This document shows positions 11,539 through 24,662 of a stretch of 64,000 nucleotides of DNA, piece by piece. The stretch covers positions 147,870,001 through 147,934,000 of the forward strand of contig NC_088793.1 in the NCBI RefSeq assembly GCF_011386835.1. The letters are read 5' to 3'. Within the stretch, counting starts at the first letter, position 1; every line of letters starts with the position of its first letter. A program made the translations under genes and the position numbers. The DNA is from Chrysemys picta bellii (Eukaryota). The notes beneath the pieces are model-generated. The model saw only the letters and a list, made by a program, of their open reading frames with translations. It was not told where the DNA came from and made no database searches.

Positions 11539-13559
11539 AAGGCCCTGCTCCTGCAATTAGATCCACAGGGGCCAAGGGTTTGCCTGAACAGATCCAGTTG
11601 CAGGATCAGGGCCTCTGTGTGCATACAGCACTTTGAAAATGAAAACTGCTATGTCTTTCTGCCATTTCCTACATTGTGCTAGGCTTGTGTTTCCTAGTGG
11701 CCACTGGTGGCTGCTGTGCGATTTGGCACTAATGAATTTTAAGCCTAGAGACTCTACTGAAGGGAAATTAATTCCTGTGCTTGGAAGCTCTGGCGTCTCT
11801 TGCAAAGGTCTGTGAATGAATTAGATGATGTCTGTCGAGCACTTTGAAGCTTGAAAGCACTAAATACTATGTTGATTGTGAACCCTTTGGGGAATATGGT
11901 AGGATATAAACGTCCGGTCCTGAAGTAGAAATTTCCTATAACATCCTCCCAGATGGAAGTGGTGTCTCCCTTCCCCTTGCATTCTGACTGTTCACATCCC
12001 TGAGAGCACTCGCTTCCTGAAATTACAGGGGCACAAATAACAGCTTTGTGGATGACTTGCTCAGAGTGTTTGTGGAATCTACAGCAAATTGTGACCTTGG
12101 ATTTTTGCTTCAGTTTACAGTTCTGAGCCCTGAGTGCAGAGGTCTCAAGAGGACATGCGGGGCCTGATCTTCAGAGGGGCTGAGCACCCATAGACTTCAG
12201 TTGGACCTACTGGTGCGTCTCAGACCCATTGCGCTTGAAACAGAAGGCATATTAAGTTAGAGATCATTAACTCTTAGGTTCGCTGAAGCGCAGGGGCAAG
12301 TCTATGTCTGATCTTGTTTGTTTCTGGTGGTTTCTGAGTCTTTTTTTTAGGTTCTGTCTGTCTTTATTCCCACAGTAAGATTTTTCCCTGACAGAGTTCC
12401 CATCACTCAGGACATGTCAATCTAGAGGGGAGAACGCTCTGAGAAGTAGGCTATAGGACAGGCTCCATACACTCCTGGCAAGATGGGCCTGAATTCTGCA
12501 GCGTGACCCCTTGATTCTGCAACGTTCTGATGTAGCAGACGTGAGATTCGTTAAGAGCTTCATTTACGTGAGAAAAGAAGGCTTTTAAGAACTTGGATCT
12601 GAAATGAATAATATCCTCAGATCAGCAGTCCCTGTGTTGTTTATTTTGATATTCAGTTTATTTTATGCTGTCCCCACTTAATTTTAATTTGCCACACAGT
12701 TTTATACTAAAATACATAACTGTATCAATGGAGTAGACAAGGGGCAGCTGTGGAGGTGGTTTGATACTGTGGGATAAGGACATTACCTGGATGCCTCTGC
12801 TAAAATTATAGCAGCAAATTAGATAACAATGTTGATTTCTAATTTTATCATCACTAGGTCTCAGAGTCGGTGCCTCATTGAGGTGAATGGGTGGTTCACC
12901 CCTCTCCGACCTATTGTTTCAGGCTGTTTGCAGATCCAGGCATCACTGCTTCGGTTACATTTGGATCATATTTTCAAGGCTTTTTTGCAACTGTAAGGGC
13001 TACAAACATATTTTCTTTTCTTTTCTTTTTTTTAAATGAAAGCGCAGTGCTGGAGCATGATTCTTCAGCCAGGGTTGGATTCTGGCACATATTTCACAGC
13101 TGCAGAAGTCTGACTGCAGAGAGTAATCTTGCCCTAGGAGACGGAGAGGCTGGGATCTACTGGAGGTTTTTCCATCTCTAATTTCTACCACCATCTGAAG
13201 CTGACGAAAAGTTGGATGGTTTTTTTTTTTTGGGTGTTTCTTAATAACGTAAGACAGCTGCAATAGCGGGGATTTGGGGTAAGCAGTTGCAGTTTCCGTT
13301 TCCTGCCATTGCTGTTGGTCTTGTGACCTCATTGTCTAGCTGAGTTACACATAGGAAGGGGTGCTGTGTACGGAGAGCATATGATTACTTTTGTGTGCCA
13401 GTTTCCAGGGCATGAGCAGAGGTTGCTTTTATTATAACGATGTGTTTTGACCCCAGTGGCAGGCCATCTAAGTCTGCAGACAGGTAACTTGAAACAATAG
13501 CTCTCTAGGAGTAATGACTAACCTATGGATATGGGGTAAGGGGTTAACGCTAATGATGA

Positions 13560-14108
13560 TTGAATACAAGTATCTTTCTATTGTGCATCCTGGAGGGTCA
13601 ACCCCTACAATGGCAAAGAAAGAGGTGGACAAATTGGAGAGTCCAGAGGAGAGCAAAAAAAAAAAAAAATTGGTCAGAGGTTTGGAAAATCTGACTTATG
13701 TGGAAAGTTAAAAAACTTGGGCATGTTTAGTCTTGATAAAAGAAGATTGAGGGAGGGACCTGACCTGGTAACAGTCTTCAAATATGTTAAGGGCTGTTAT
13801 AAAGAGGACAGTGACCAATTGTTCTCCATGACCTACCTAAAGATAGGACAAGAAGTACTTGACTTAATCTGCAGCAAGGGAAATTTAGGTTAGATAATAG
13901 GAAAAACTTTCTGACTATAATGGTAGGTTAAACTCTGGATTAGGTTTCCAAGTGAGGCTGTGGAATCCCCATCACTGGAGGTTTTTTAAGAACAGGTTAG
14001 ACAAACACCTGTCAGGGCGGGTCTAGGTATTCTTGGTCCTGCCTCAGCACAGGGGGCTGGACTGGATGATCTCTTGAGGTCGCTTTCCCTACATGTCTAT
14101 GATTCTAT
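13560..14108 (+). mobile_element. Degenerate CR1 LINE 3' fragment
   Basis: Contains ...KKEVDKLE..., ...GMFSL.KRRLR..., and a 3' end GGACTGGATGATCTCTTGAGGTC...TCTATGATTCTAT. Confidence 0.8.
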
Positions 14109-14491
14109 AATGCATTTAGATTAGGTGCTAAGTGATATTTCTAACGGGGATGGCTAACTCAGTTTAAGAATACACCTTTTTTTCCAGTCCAGACATACAA
14201 TAAGGGGCAAGCCTCAGCAGAAAGGCCTTTGCCTAGACTAGGTTTATGATGTGATATTCGCTTGCTGAAGTCTGACGTACACATATTTGAGCGAGGGCTG
14301 TGTTTCGTTTTACTAATATAGTTACACTGGTGCAACCCCTCCTGTGGATGTAGTTATGTTGGAGTAAAGGTGCCTTTTACCAGTGTAGCTTAACTATACT
14401 GGTCTAAAGCACATTTATACGCATATAGCTGTGTCACACTAGGAGGTTGCACTGCACTACCTGTACCAGTATAGTTAAAGTGATACAATTA

Positions 14492-14943
14492 GGGTATGTC
14501 TATACATCCAGTGCTACAGTGGCGCAGCTGTACCGATACAGTGTCACTTATGTCGCTCAGCGGGATAGAATAACATAAATGTTGCCGACATAGGCTGTAA
14601 TGTAGACATCGCTCTGGTGTGTAACCAAGGCCTAACTAGCCCAAGGCACATTTCCTTTAACACGTTAAAATTGCTTGAATTAACGCCGAGGCCTACTTTA
14701 CACTAGGAACTTACATCGGTATAGCTATGTCTCTTAGGGGGTTGAAAAACGCAGGTGTAGACAGCACTAGGCTGATGGAAGAATTCTTCTGTCGATCTAG
14801 CTACCGCCTCTCGGGGAGGGGGGGGGATTAACTAAGTTGACGGGAGAACCTCTCCTGTTGGCAGAGGTAGTGTCTTGTCTACACTGAATGCTGCTTGCAG
14901 CTGGTGCAATTGCTCCTCTAGCATTTTAAATGTAGACATAGCC
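14492..14943. mobile_element. Cluster of Harbinger-like MITEs (14492-~14612 and 14690-14943)
   Basis: Termini of the GGGTATGTCTA(C/T)AC ... GTGTAGACATAGCC type with TTA flanks; 3-bp TWA TSD is typical of PIF/Harbinger. Confidence 0.65.
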
Positions 14944-15219
14944 TTAGTCTCTCTGCCCTCCAACGTGTGCTAACGTCACACCTTAGCTCTTTGTCTAGAC
15001 AAAGTCTGGGACAGAGTGAGCATACGTGTTTCAGTGCTTTGGGAAATGTATTGCAACATGCACCCAGCCTGGGGACAGCCAATGTGGGACATCAGCCAGA
15101 AGCTGAACTGGTCTAATGAGGTAGGCAGAGACTCGCACCGGGGAGGTTGTGCGTAGAGGGTTGGGCTCCATCAGTCCATGCCACTTGGTTTTGAAGAACA
15201 GTGTTCTGAAGCAGAGGAA

Positions 15220-15410
15220 GGATGGTTTATTGGGAGCCAGGAATCCTCTGCCTCTGACTCACCATGTGACTTTACGCACGTCATTGTCACCCTGTGTGCT
15301 ATAGTTTCCCCATCTGCAAGCTGAGGAGCAGGATACTAAACCACGCAGCGGGCCTGCAAAGCTAAATTCATTGATGTCTGTAAAGTGCTTTGGGATCCTC
15401 ACATGGAAGG
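15220..15410 (+). mobile_element. Degenerate MIR-like SINE
   Basis: GGGAGCCAGGA...CTGACTCACCATGTGACTT...AGTTTCCCCATCTGCAA...GTAAAGTGCTTTGGGATCC. Confidence 0.6.
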
Positions 15411-16379
15411 GGCCAAAAACGGGCAGAGCAGTCATTATCGAGTGATGCTAGAACAGCTGTTTGGAGTAGCAGCGACGCTGAGAAACAGTTCTGCTCCTGG
15501 TCCTGTGCATTCCTCTCCCTGGCTGATGCACGCTGGGGACAAGGATGAGAAAATAAGCTCTTTGCCCCTTTGGAGGCTTCTTGCTCCTCTGCATGGGGCT
15601 GCAGTGGAGGTGGCAGTGCTGTGACCCTCGGGATCCTGAGCTCAGCTGGGGAATAAGCCCAGGAGTAGCAGGTGAGGGGGCAAAGAGCCTGTTTTCGTGC
15701 CAAGGCCCCTGTGCAGCACACAATGAATGGAGAGGAGGAAGCCAGCTTGATTCCCAGCAGAACTTCTAGGAGTTGTCGGTGGCTCACGAGTCTCTGGAAT
15801 GATAAATACACCCTGGCATCTCCTGGCTCCTGCTGCCTGTTTAATAGGCACCCAGGACGGAGTGGGGGTTATTGAAGAGGAGACGGGCCCTCTGCCAAGG
15901 GCTGTGGTGCCTGGCAGACAACTCAAGAGCCTTGTTAAGATCCCCAGCCCCTAGCTTTGGAAATATCCATGACCCACTTTGGGCCCTGGGCTGGCTCCTG
16001 AGCAGAGGAGACTGCACCTGGTGCCCTGCAGAGGGGAAGAGCAAAGAACCCTTTAATGGGTGGGCAGCAGAGAACAAGGGCGGGGGTGGTGCCCGCCAGA
16101 GAGGAAGGACTGCTGGTTGGGAGGAGGAGCGGGGGATTGAACAGCTAGGGAGGATGCCAGCCATGAAGCGGAGAAGGGATGGGTTGGAGGGGGACAGAGG
16201 AAGGTGCCAGCCTGGAGCAGAGGTGGGGTGCCAAGGAAGGAGAGGGTCGAGGGAGGATATCTGGGGAAGGAGAGGGTGGGGAGGAAGGTGCCGGGGGCAG
16301 TGAGGGCACCGGCCCGGAGTTGAGGGAACGGGGAGGGCGTTGGGCTGAGCCTGGGGAGGAGAGGAAGGCGGGCAATGGG

Positions 16380-17000
16380 CGTGGCTGGGCCAGCCCGGTG
16401 GCTACATGTGGTTCCCACCACCACTTCGGCGCTCAGCAGCAACGCGGGAGCGGACAGAGAGCGCGTCGGAGCGCGGCCACGCGGAGCCGTCCCGGAGCAG
16501 GTGGGTGATGCTGGGGCACCGACCCCCTTCCTGCACCGCCGCCGCTGCTGCCGCACCGGGACAGGCGGGACTTCAGCCGGCGAGGGGCGGACTGCGCGCT
16601 CCGGGGAAGCCAAGTCCCCGGCTCATCCGCTAGTAGGAGAGGAAGGGCACCGGATCCCGGTGGGGGCGAGGGGGTCTGACCCGCCGCCTGGCTCGTGGAT
16701 AAGCGGGGGTCGGGGAGGGCGAGCTGCTCCTTGCCCAGCACGTGGATCCCCGGCACTGGCGATGGGACCGCGGGTGTTGCGGTCGGTGCCCGACCCCCGC
16801 CAACCCGCTCCCCCGTCTCTCTCATGCCAGCCACGTGTAAATCTACTTCCCGCAGAGACTACCGCCGCTGTGCGCAGCCCAGGCCGCCGGCGCGGGGCAC
16901 AGCCTGCCCCATTGCTGATGGTCACCCCAGGCGTTTGTGGAGTAACAGAAGCAGGTACTTTCCTGGGCGTGTGTGTCCCACTTCTCCACCGGTGTCGTGT
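16380..17000 (+). promoter_or_regulatory. SLC29A1: CpG island, probable main SLC29A1 promoter
   Basis: Visibly CpG-dense GC-rich block preceded by purine/G-rich sequence. It is the only clear CpG island in the window upstream of the ENT1 coding exons. Assignment is inferred. Confidence 0.7.
16430..16500 (+). other. SLC29A1: Probable non-coding first exon of SLC29A1 (5' boundary approximate)
   Basis: ATG-free CpG-rich segment ending in a splice donor CAG|GTGGGT at 16500/16501 inside the island. Confidence 0.55.
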
Positions 17001-18368
17001 CTTGGACGCATGAATGTCCCGGGCACAGGAATCTGGCGGCACCCAGTGAACTGGGCATGAGTAGAGAGGTGCCAGTTGTCAGTTCCTCGGAACAGGGCAG
17101 GTCGGTAGAATGTGTTTGGTGTGTTTTCCCCCAAAGCCGAGCAAGCGTCATTAATCCCTGCGGCGCTGCTCCCTGTCAGAGGTGGAGCTATTCCTGGGGC
17201 GGTGGGTGAGGGACGGTGGTGGTGTCCCACCTGCACCATGCAGCCCGGCCCAGATGCGGGACTTTACCGTGTACAGCCTTGGCATTGGGCAGGGTGGATG
17301 ACTTTAGTGCCCACGATGGGGGCGACTGTTTGGGGCTGCTCAGGTTACAGCTCTTACGTCTGTAGCACCAGCCAGTGTGTGCGGCACTTTACAAACATGC
17401 GGGATTAAGGCAAGGTCCCAGCCCCGAGGAATATACAGTCTGCGTGGGCAGATCCAGCCCAATAAGGGAGCAGGCAGTGCTGGAGGGGAGGTGGAAGAAG
17501 GAAGCTCTGAAGGAGGTTTGGTGTGTGGGCCTAGGGAAGCTGCTGCATTCTGATGGCTGCGGGGAGCTACAGCGCTCTCTTTGTAACCCCTTTGTCTTAC
17601 ATTGATTCCAGTGGGTTTGGAAGGCTCTTGTGTAAGAGGAGCTGGAGGGTGGGCTGGGGTAGCTCCCTGTATCTGGCCGTGCTGCCTCGTCTCCTGCACT
17701 CCCCCTGGTTAGTGGCTGTAAGGAGGATGGCCAAGGTAGGAATTGCTCTGAATGGGGTGACAGGACACAATGGAAATTTTAGTGAGCATCTCTTTCTTTT
17801 TCCTGAGAGTGACAACTGCATTAATAGTGAGTCTGATAGGAGCAAGACCAGAGACAGTCACACTGGACCCTGCGTCCACCGCTCTTTAGTAGACTTTATT
17901 GAAGCCAGATAGGGGCATCCCAACCTTGCTGGGCACTAGTGCCAGTTCAGCTGACTAAGATCTCAGTTGTACCAGCCATTGCCCACTGTCTGCCTTTGAG
18001 TGGGACGCCTTCAAGCTGTGAGTTGGGGGTGGTGGTGACCAGGCTCTGGGGCCTGGCGCTGAGACTCATCATCGAGGTCCTGGGTAAATGAGCCTCGACC
18101 CCCAATCCCACAGCTGGTGGGTTCCCTTAGGTTAGAGGCATGCAAGTCATCCAAATGTCACAGCTGGGATGTGCTTCCCTTTTCATCCCGAGCAGCAAGC
18201 TGCCTCCCTTGAGCTGCCTTTTCCAGCCAGCTCCCTCATTGTCCAGGGTCTATGCCAAAACATGACATCTCCGGTCTCTCTTGTGCTGCTCTCCCGTCTC
18301 TGTGTCAGCAGCCAGCTCCTGCCCTAAATAGCTTTGAGTTTCTCAGGGCTTGTCTTCACTCAGTTAAC

Positions 18369-18445
18369 TTGGTCCTGCCATGAGGGCAGGGGACTGGACT
18401 CGATGACCTCTCGAGGTCTCTTCCAGTCCTAGAATCTATGAATCT
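18369..18445 (+). mobile_element. Short CR1 3' tail fragment
   Basis: CTTGGTCCTGCCATGAGGGCAGGGGACTGGACTCGATGACCTCTCGAGGTCTCTTCCAGTCCTAGAATCTATGAATCT. Confidence 0.8.
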
Positions 18446-18662
18446 GTCCACACACCCACAACCCTGACTGGGGCATGACCTGGTGGGGTATAGGCTAAAG
18501 CTTGAGTGAGCAAAACTCATCAGTCGCTAACGTGACTGCTCTGTAATGTGGACGCAGGCTAGATCCACCAGTGCATTCCCACAATTCACTGGGAAAGAAT
18601 TCAAAGAGCGGCTCAGCTTACTGCAGCACAAGGAGCCATGGGAAACAGCCCCAGCAATCATA

Positions 18663-18933
18663 GGGCTAGTCTACACTACAAAGTTAGGACGACCTAGCTA
18701 AGTCACTCCAAGGGTGTGAAAAATTCACTCCCCTACGAGACGTGTTCAAGTTGGCCTAAGCCCTGGTGTAGACACTGCTAGGTCGATGGAAGAATTCTTC
18801 TGTACATCTAGCTATCCGCCTCTCAGAGGGGTGGATTTACTGCAGTGATGGAAGAACCCTTCCCATCATTGTAGTAGAGTCTACATTACAGTGGTCTGAC
18901 TGCAGTTGTGCTGTTGTAGGGTTTCTAATGTAG
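18663..18933. mobile_element. Harbinger-like MITE
   Basis: Starts GGGCTAGTCTACACT. Internal GGTGTAGAC...GATGGAAGAATTCTTCTGT block is shared with the 14690 element. Confidence 0.65.
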
Positions 18934-21900
18934 GTGAGTGAATGCAGAGCCAGTGAAGACGCAGCAGCTGGCATGTTATGTCATTGTGTGGCTGCTGTCT
19001 CTCAAGCTAGGCCAACTCGAGAGGGGTAACTTGAGCATAGATCACTCAAGTTAGCTCTGCAGGGAAGACAAACCTTCAGAAATAGGAGTTGGGTGAGAAG
19101 GAATCTGCTTCAACCCACTCAGCAGGGCTGGGATCCCAGGCACAGGAAGTGAGTAGCTTGGGTCTTGCAAGGTGTTTCTGGGCCTCCTCCCCTTCCCAAA
19201 CTATTTAATGAGAGGAGGAATCCTGCCATGAGGAAGTAATGCTAGTACCTCATTAGCTCCTGGGTGGAGGACATTAATGAATCTGCTAGCGTTTGAGGAT
19301 CAGCATTATTGTTCAGTCACTTGAGGACTTGGCTTGGCCTGGCCTTACTGTGACTGCCTGGAAGCCAGAGCACATGGAGCAGGGCCTCCTACATGCAGTC
19401 CAGAGTCTTCCACCTTCTGCAGTTAGCCCCACATCCTAGGTTGTCCAAGGAGGAGGGAGCTACTGGCTGTGACGGAAAGGGGAGCCTTCAGGGCTACGGA
19501 CCCTGGACTGCCAAGGAGTTGGGAGCTGGGGCTTTCAGGTTCCCATCAGCTTTCCAAAGAGCCAGGTGCCGGATGGGCCAGAGGGCAGCAAACCAGAACC
19601 CCACCTGTTTTCTGTGGCACCATCAGTGAAATGGAACCATCTTCCCAGAAAGCTTAGATTTTGACAAATCAGCATTCTGTGATGGAAAGCCAGTCCCACA
19701 GATCCTTTCTGACCAGCTCTAGTTGGGAGTGAAGTTCACAAGGTGGGGAAACAGGGATGTGCAGAGGGAAGAGAGGAGAACACACAGGCAGGGAAGAGGG
19801 AGAGAAACAAAGGAGGGTGGGGGGGGGAAGAAAGAGAAATGAGTCAGAAATAGTCATGGCTCTAAAGGGGAACGTCTTCTCCCACTGAGTGATGCTGGGC
19901 AAACAACTGATCATCACACAGGTTGCTTAGTACATAAGGGCATGTGCTCCCCTTGATCTTTGTGCAAACCATCCCTGGGAGAGCATTGTCCTAACCTCAT
20001 ACCCCAGCCCAGAATTAAAATGGAGTTCACCCTTCTCCGCATTGAGTTAACTCCTTTGCCACAGACCTTGCAGGCCGGCACAGAATCTGAACTGTGCCAC
20101 CTTGCCTGGCTTCTCCGGCTGCTTGCACTGTTCCAGCTGGAAGTGAGATCTGAGTGTGCACCAATAGCTCACCCTGTTTAACTGCTACAGGCAGAGCCCA
20201 GCTGTTTCCATCCACCCTGGAAGCCAGATAACGCAGTGCTGCTGCGGGACGGTCTAGTCCCTACCACTGGATGGAACAGGAACTTTCTGTTCCATGAGTC
20301 TGCCTTCCAAAACAGCTCACCCTGAGATCCCCACCCAGAGGAGATGGAGATTCTCCCAGGGGCCTCTGGATTTGCTGCAGCATGTCTCTATCTCCCCCAC
20401 CAGCCTATGGTAGAGATTCCCTAGAGAAGCAACAGACACGCTATCCTGTGAGACACTTATAACTATTCTCCAGGGGAATTTTTGTAGACCATGGAGACGC
20501 ATCCTGGCCCTCACTTCCTGGTCTGTGCCGAGCTAGGAGCACAGGAGAGCTGCCAGTTCTGATTTCCAACTAGCTGCGTCTGATTTTGGCGCCAGGGTGA
20601 AGGCAACGCCTTTTTCTCCCTAGAATGTCTTGCATCAGAATCCAGATGTGAGTTTGATGCCATTTCTGGTGAAGCCAGCTGCTGTGGTACTCCCATGGTA
20701 TTGCTCTGTGCTTTACACTGGGATTTTATTCTTTTTGGAGAGCCTAGTGCTATGGGATCTCCCATCCCTTATTTGGTGCTTGCAATAAGTCTGCAGCTCT
20801 CTCTCTGACAGTCACAACCCCATCAGCTCTGAGACGCTAAGGAGTGCTCGCTGTAGGCGGAGGAGGACTCATGGGCCTGACTCCGTATGGGGCAGGCTTT
20901 CTCAAAGTATGGAACTCAATACCCTAGTGTACGTTAGGGCGTGCCATGCTGCCGAGGGCCCTGACCATTTGTGCTTATTAAAGATCTCAAGGCATTTCTG
21001 TCAAGAAGAGGAGCATTATTAACCCTGCTGTTTTGCCCAGACTGAAATTCAGGCAATTCAACTTGGTCTCTCGAAAGTCTCCCTTCCAGTTCTGGTTGTA
21101 AGTGGGACTCTCCTTCACTGCCTGTTGTGCTGTGTGTTCTTAAACACCGCCCGATCCCCCTGTCCCCAGTGGTGGCAGGAAAGGAGGTGGTTGCTGGATG
21201 CACTGCTGGCAAAGCTGGTTGGGAATGGATGCCGCTGTTATTCCAGCTGGGTAGAGGGAGCGATGTGTCTCTGAAGCCTGCCCAGGGTGGTGGCTAGTTG
21301 GGCTGGTGTCTCTTCCTGGGCAGAGGGAGGGGAGGCTGCAGGGCACAGATTGCTCCCCCTTGCTCTTTCACCAGGCCCTACCTCTGGGCTTGCTCAGCCT
21401 CAACTGATGCAAACTTTCCACTGAGAGCCCTGCTCTCTGGCCAACCTTCCCGCTCCTCTCTGTGGGGCTGCTGGGTCTGAAGGGCAGAGAGAGATTTCTC
21501 CTTTTTGAATTGCGAGCCCAGAGAGGGGCTCTGTCTGGGGAGTGAGGGGATGGCCTGCCCCAGTGCTAGGGCCTCATTATCAATTCCATTGGATGGGGTC
21601 CCTCTGATGCTGATGGAGCTGGAGCTGCAGCCTGGTGCTGAATGTAGCTTCTGCTAGGAGCTGCTGACACCAAACAAGCCCTGCAACTCCCTGTGTTGGG
21701 TACATCCTCCAGGAACTGACTTCCAAAGAATTGGAGTGCTCTAAGACAGTGAGAGAGAGCAGAGCACAGGAAGTAGATCCAGGAGCTGCTGATCCTTTAG
21801 CCTGGGCTCTGGCACCTTCTCCCTCTGTGGCTCTAGTACAATCTTTGTTCCTTCTCTTCTCCCATAAAGTACAATCCAGGCCACTCAACTGAGGCATCTC

Positions 21901-24530
21901 CTCACCCCAGCCCCGTCTAGACAGACGCTGGCCAATACCCGTGTGAGCCAGTTTCCTTTCTAGGCTGGAGTCAAGGGCCCCTGTGGGATCTTTGTAGGAA
22001 GTGTAGCCCACCCTAACGTGGCTTCGGTGCATGCTGGAGGGGGATCATTTCTTGGCGCTCTTCCAGGGCCAGCCAGCTGAAACGCATGGTGATCTCATTG
22101 GCTTGGCCACCCTCTGTTATTCCCGGCACCCCTTGTCACACCAGGAGGGCTGCCCTGATGCAGTAGACAGCAGGATTCGCCGCACTGGCTTTTGGAGCAA
22201 TAATGATCTTTAGGCAAAGGCCGGACCTGAAGTGGGGACCGAACTGAGCCATTTCTGATTCTCCCAGAGCTGGGGGAGGCCTGGGCCCCATCCCCTCCTG
22301 TCAGTTACTCTCCACTAAACCCTGTGTCTGGGGCTGAAAGGAACTTTCAACAGAGATAAACTCCAACCCCACTAAATCACTTTGCTGTCTAAACAAAGAC
22401 AATAATCCCCTGGTGGCTCCCACGGGCGCGTGTGCCAGAAAGCTATTCATTAGGCAGGTTTCTGCCAGTGGGCCTTTTATCAGTCTTCCCAGCCCACAAG
22501 CATTCCAACACGTATAGACAGTAAAGACTCTGGAACAGGCTCTAGTGAGACTCTGAGCAATCTCCGGGTGGGTCAGCCTGTGCCCAGGGAGGGACTGGCC
22601 TGCTCAGGCCCCTTCCTCAGAAGGGAGGGGCTCATGGCCTTGCGGCTGTGCGTCTGGCTAGTAGTTGCCTCCCTCCTGTGGGAGATGCGGAAGGAGACAG
22701 AGTCCCCACCCTAAAGAGCTTATAAGCAAATAGTGCCACGGTGTTCAGATGTCCTCACGGAGCTGTGGGTGTCCCTCCTGAGACAAGGGCTAGGGCCTGA
22801 TTTTCAGAAGAGCTGAGCACCTACAGCTCCAGGTAAAGCACATGGGAGCTGTGGGTGCACAGCACCCCGGACGATCCATCCCCAGCTGTCCCAGGTTGGG
22901 AACCCAGAACTTAGGGACATGTGCTGTCCCAGCTGGTCCTTGACTGACAGCCAGTAGTGGGGGGAGGGGGGACTGCATGAGGGTATCTAGCTACAGGGGG
23001 ACAGGTTACCTGCTTTGCCCTGGCCAAGCAACAGGCATCTCAATATTTGCATTGCAGAGCTATCCATGGCCCCACTCAAGGTCAGGGCCTCACTGTGCTA
23101 AACACAGGGACACACCCTACCACCTCTGACTGCTCACAGTGACCCTGCTGGTCCTTGTGCTTGTCCCATCTCGCCCCATGCCCCTAAGGGTGCGGGGAGA
23201 CCCCTTGGGAGTTGGCCGTGGGTGTGATTGTGTTGAAGGGGTGGAGCTAGCATTCCAGCCAGCCCCCTGGCTGTGGGCAGTGCCCCATAGCAGTGGTACT
23301 TGGCTGCATTGCATGTGAGCTCTCTCTGCCATGGGGTTTGAAGATCAGCATCTCCTGGGACTACCCAGTCCTTGTGGCTGGGGACAGGGCTCTGCCCCAT
23401 CATTGTGAGGTGTCTGCAGCATGGGAGGATGTGGCCTGCAAAGCCAGGGATCCCCCTCAGCTGGTGGGGGAAGGCGGGGGCTGTTTTGGGGAGGGCATGT
23501 TATCAGGAAAGCCTCCCCTCCTAATTCCAGCTGTGTGGCTGGGGTGAGGAGACTGGCCAGAGGGTCACTCCCACTCACCATATGCTTCTTGGGGCCATGC
23601 CTGTGCCAGGGACACCCCTGCTCCAGCCATGTGACACACACCTCTCCTGCCATCTCAGATCGGTGGACTTATGATCAGTCCCAGAGAATGGGGAGCGAAT
23701 GGCCCCTTAGCATCAGGCTGTTACCCCCAAAGTCCAGTGCAGAGAAACTCCTGATTAGCCTGTAGCAGAGTTTGGGGGATGTAAGTCAGGGTGCAAGGTG
23801 GAGAGCTGAGGGGAGAGGGTTGGGAAGTTGGGGTGATGAGTTAGTGCACTGGCCTTCCATCTCTGCAGAGCTGGATTTAACTTCTGACTCGGGTCACATG
23901 TGAGATGACTTTGCAGTGCTCAGCCTATTCTTCCCCCATCCACCTGCCCTTCTCACTAGTCAGAGTGACATAATAGTCGCTCTGGAGAGCAGCAGTGAAA
24001 GTAGAATGGTGGGAGAGAGCAGTTCAGATTTGAGGGGCACCAGCAGAGCTCGAGGGCCAGCCCATGTAGCACCTACCCATCCCTTCCCTGGCACTGAAGT
24101 CTCATGCCCCTGCCCACCTGATGAAGCCGAGCTAGCTACCTCTCTCCCTGCCCTGCTTCCCAATATGGGGACAACACAGGTATGTCCCTTTCCCTCCCAG
24201 AGCACCAGGCTCTGTCCCTGTCTGGTAGAGAGGGAGGGGCCAGTTGGTCTCTGGGGGCTGGGGCCCAAAATAGTTGCTGCATTTCTGTCACACCCATGCT
24301 AAGAACTGGCCGTGACTGGCGGAAAGGGCAGAAAATCCCAGCCTCATTGCCACCTGACACCCCGCTGGGAACAGCTGGTTGAGCTGAGCAGGGAGCCTAG
24401 CTCCTAGGAAGAGCCCCACAGCCCCCCCCCCCCCCCCAATCTTTGCAACTTGGGGAAATGGTAATGGTCAGCCCACAGAACATTTTGTGCTGTTTTGGCT
24501 GCATTTCCCCCTCCACCACTAAATTGGAAC

Positions 24531-24662
24531 CAGCTGCAAGTCTCACGTGGGCCCCCAGTCCAGGGGCCTCCTATAAATAGCTAAGCAGGAGCAGCTGGGT
24601 AGTAGAAATAGCCCAGTGGGAGCTACACCTTCACCAAAGAGGGGGAGAGGAACTGCGTAAGT
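24531..24662 (+). promoter_or_regulatory. Candidate muscle-type promoter with short non-coding exon (MEF2/TATA composite, E-boxes, GTAAGT donor)
   Basis: CAGCTG 24531-36, CACGTG 24544-49, perfect MEF2 site CTATAAATAG 24571-80 (contains TATAAA), CAGCTG 24592-97, donor GTAAGT 24657-62. Confidence 0.5.
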
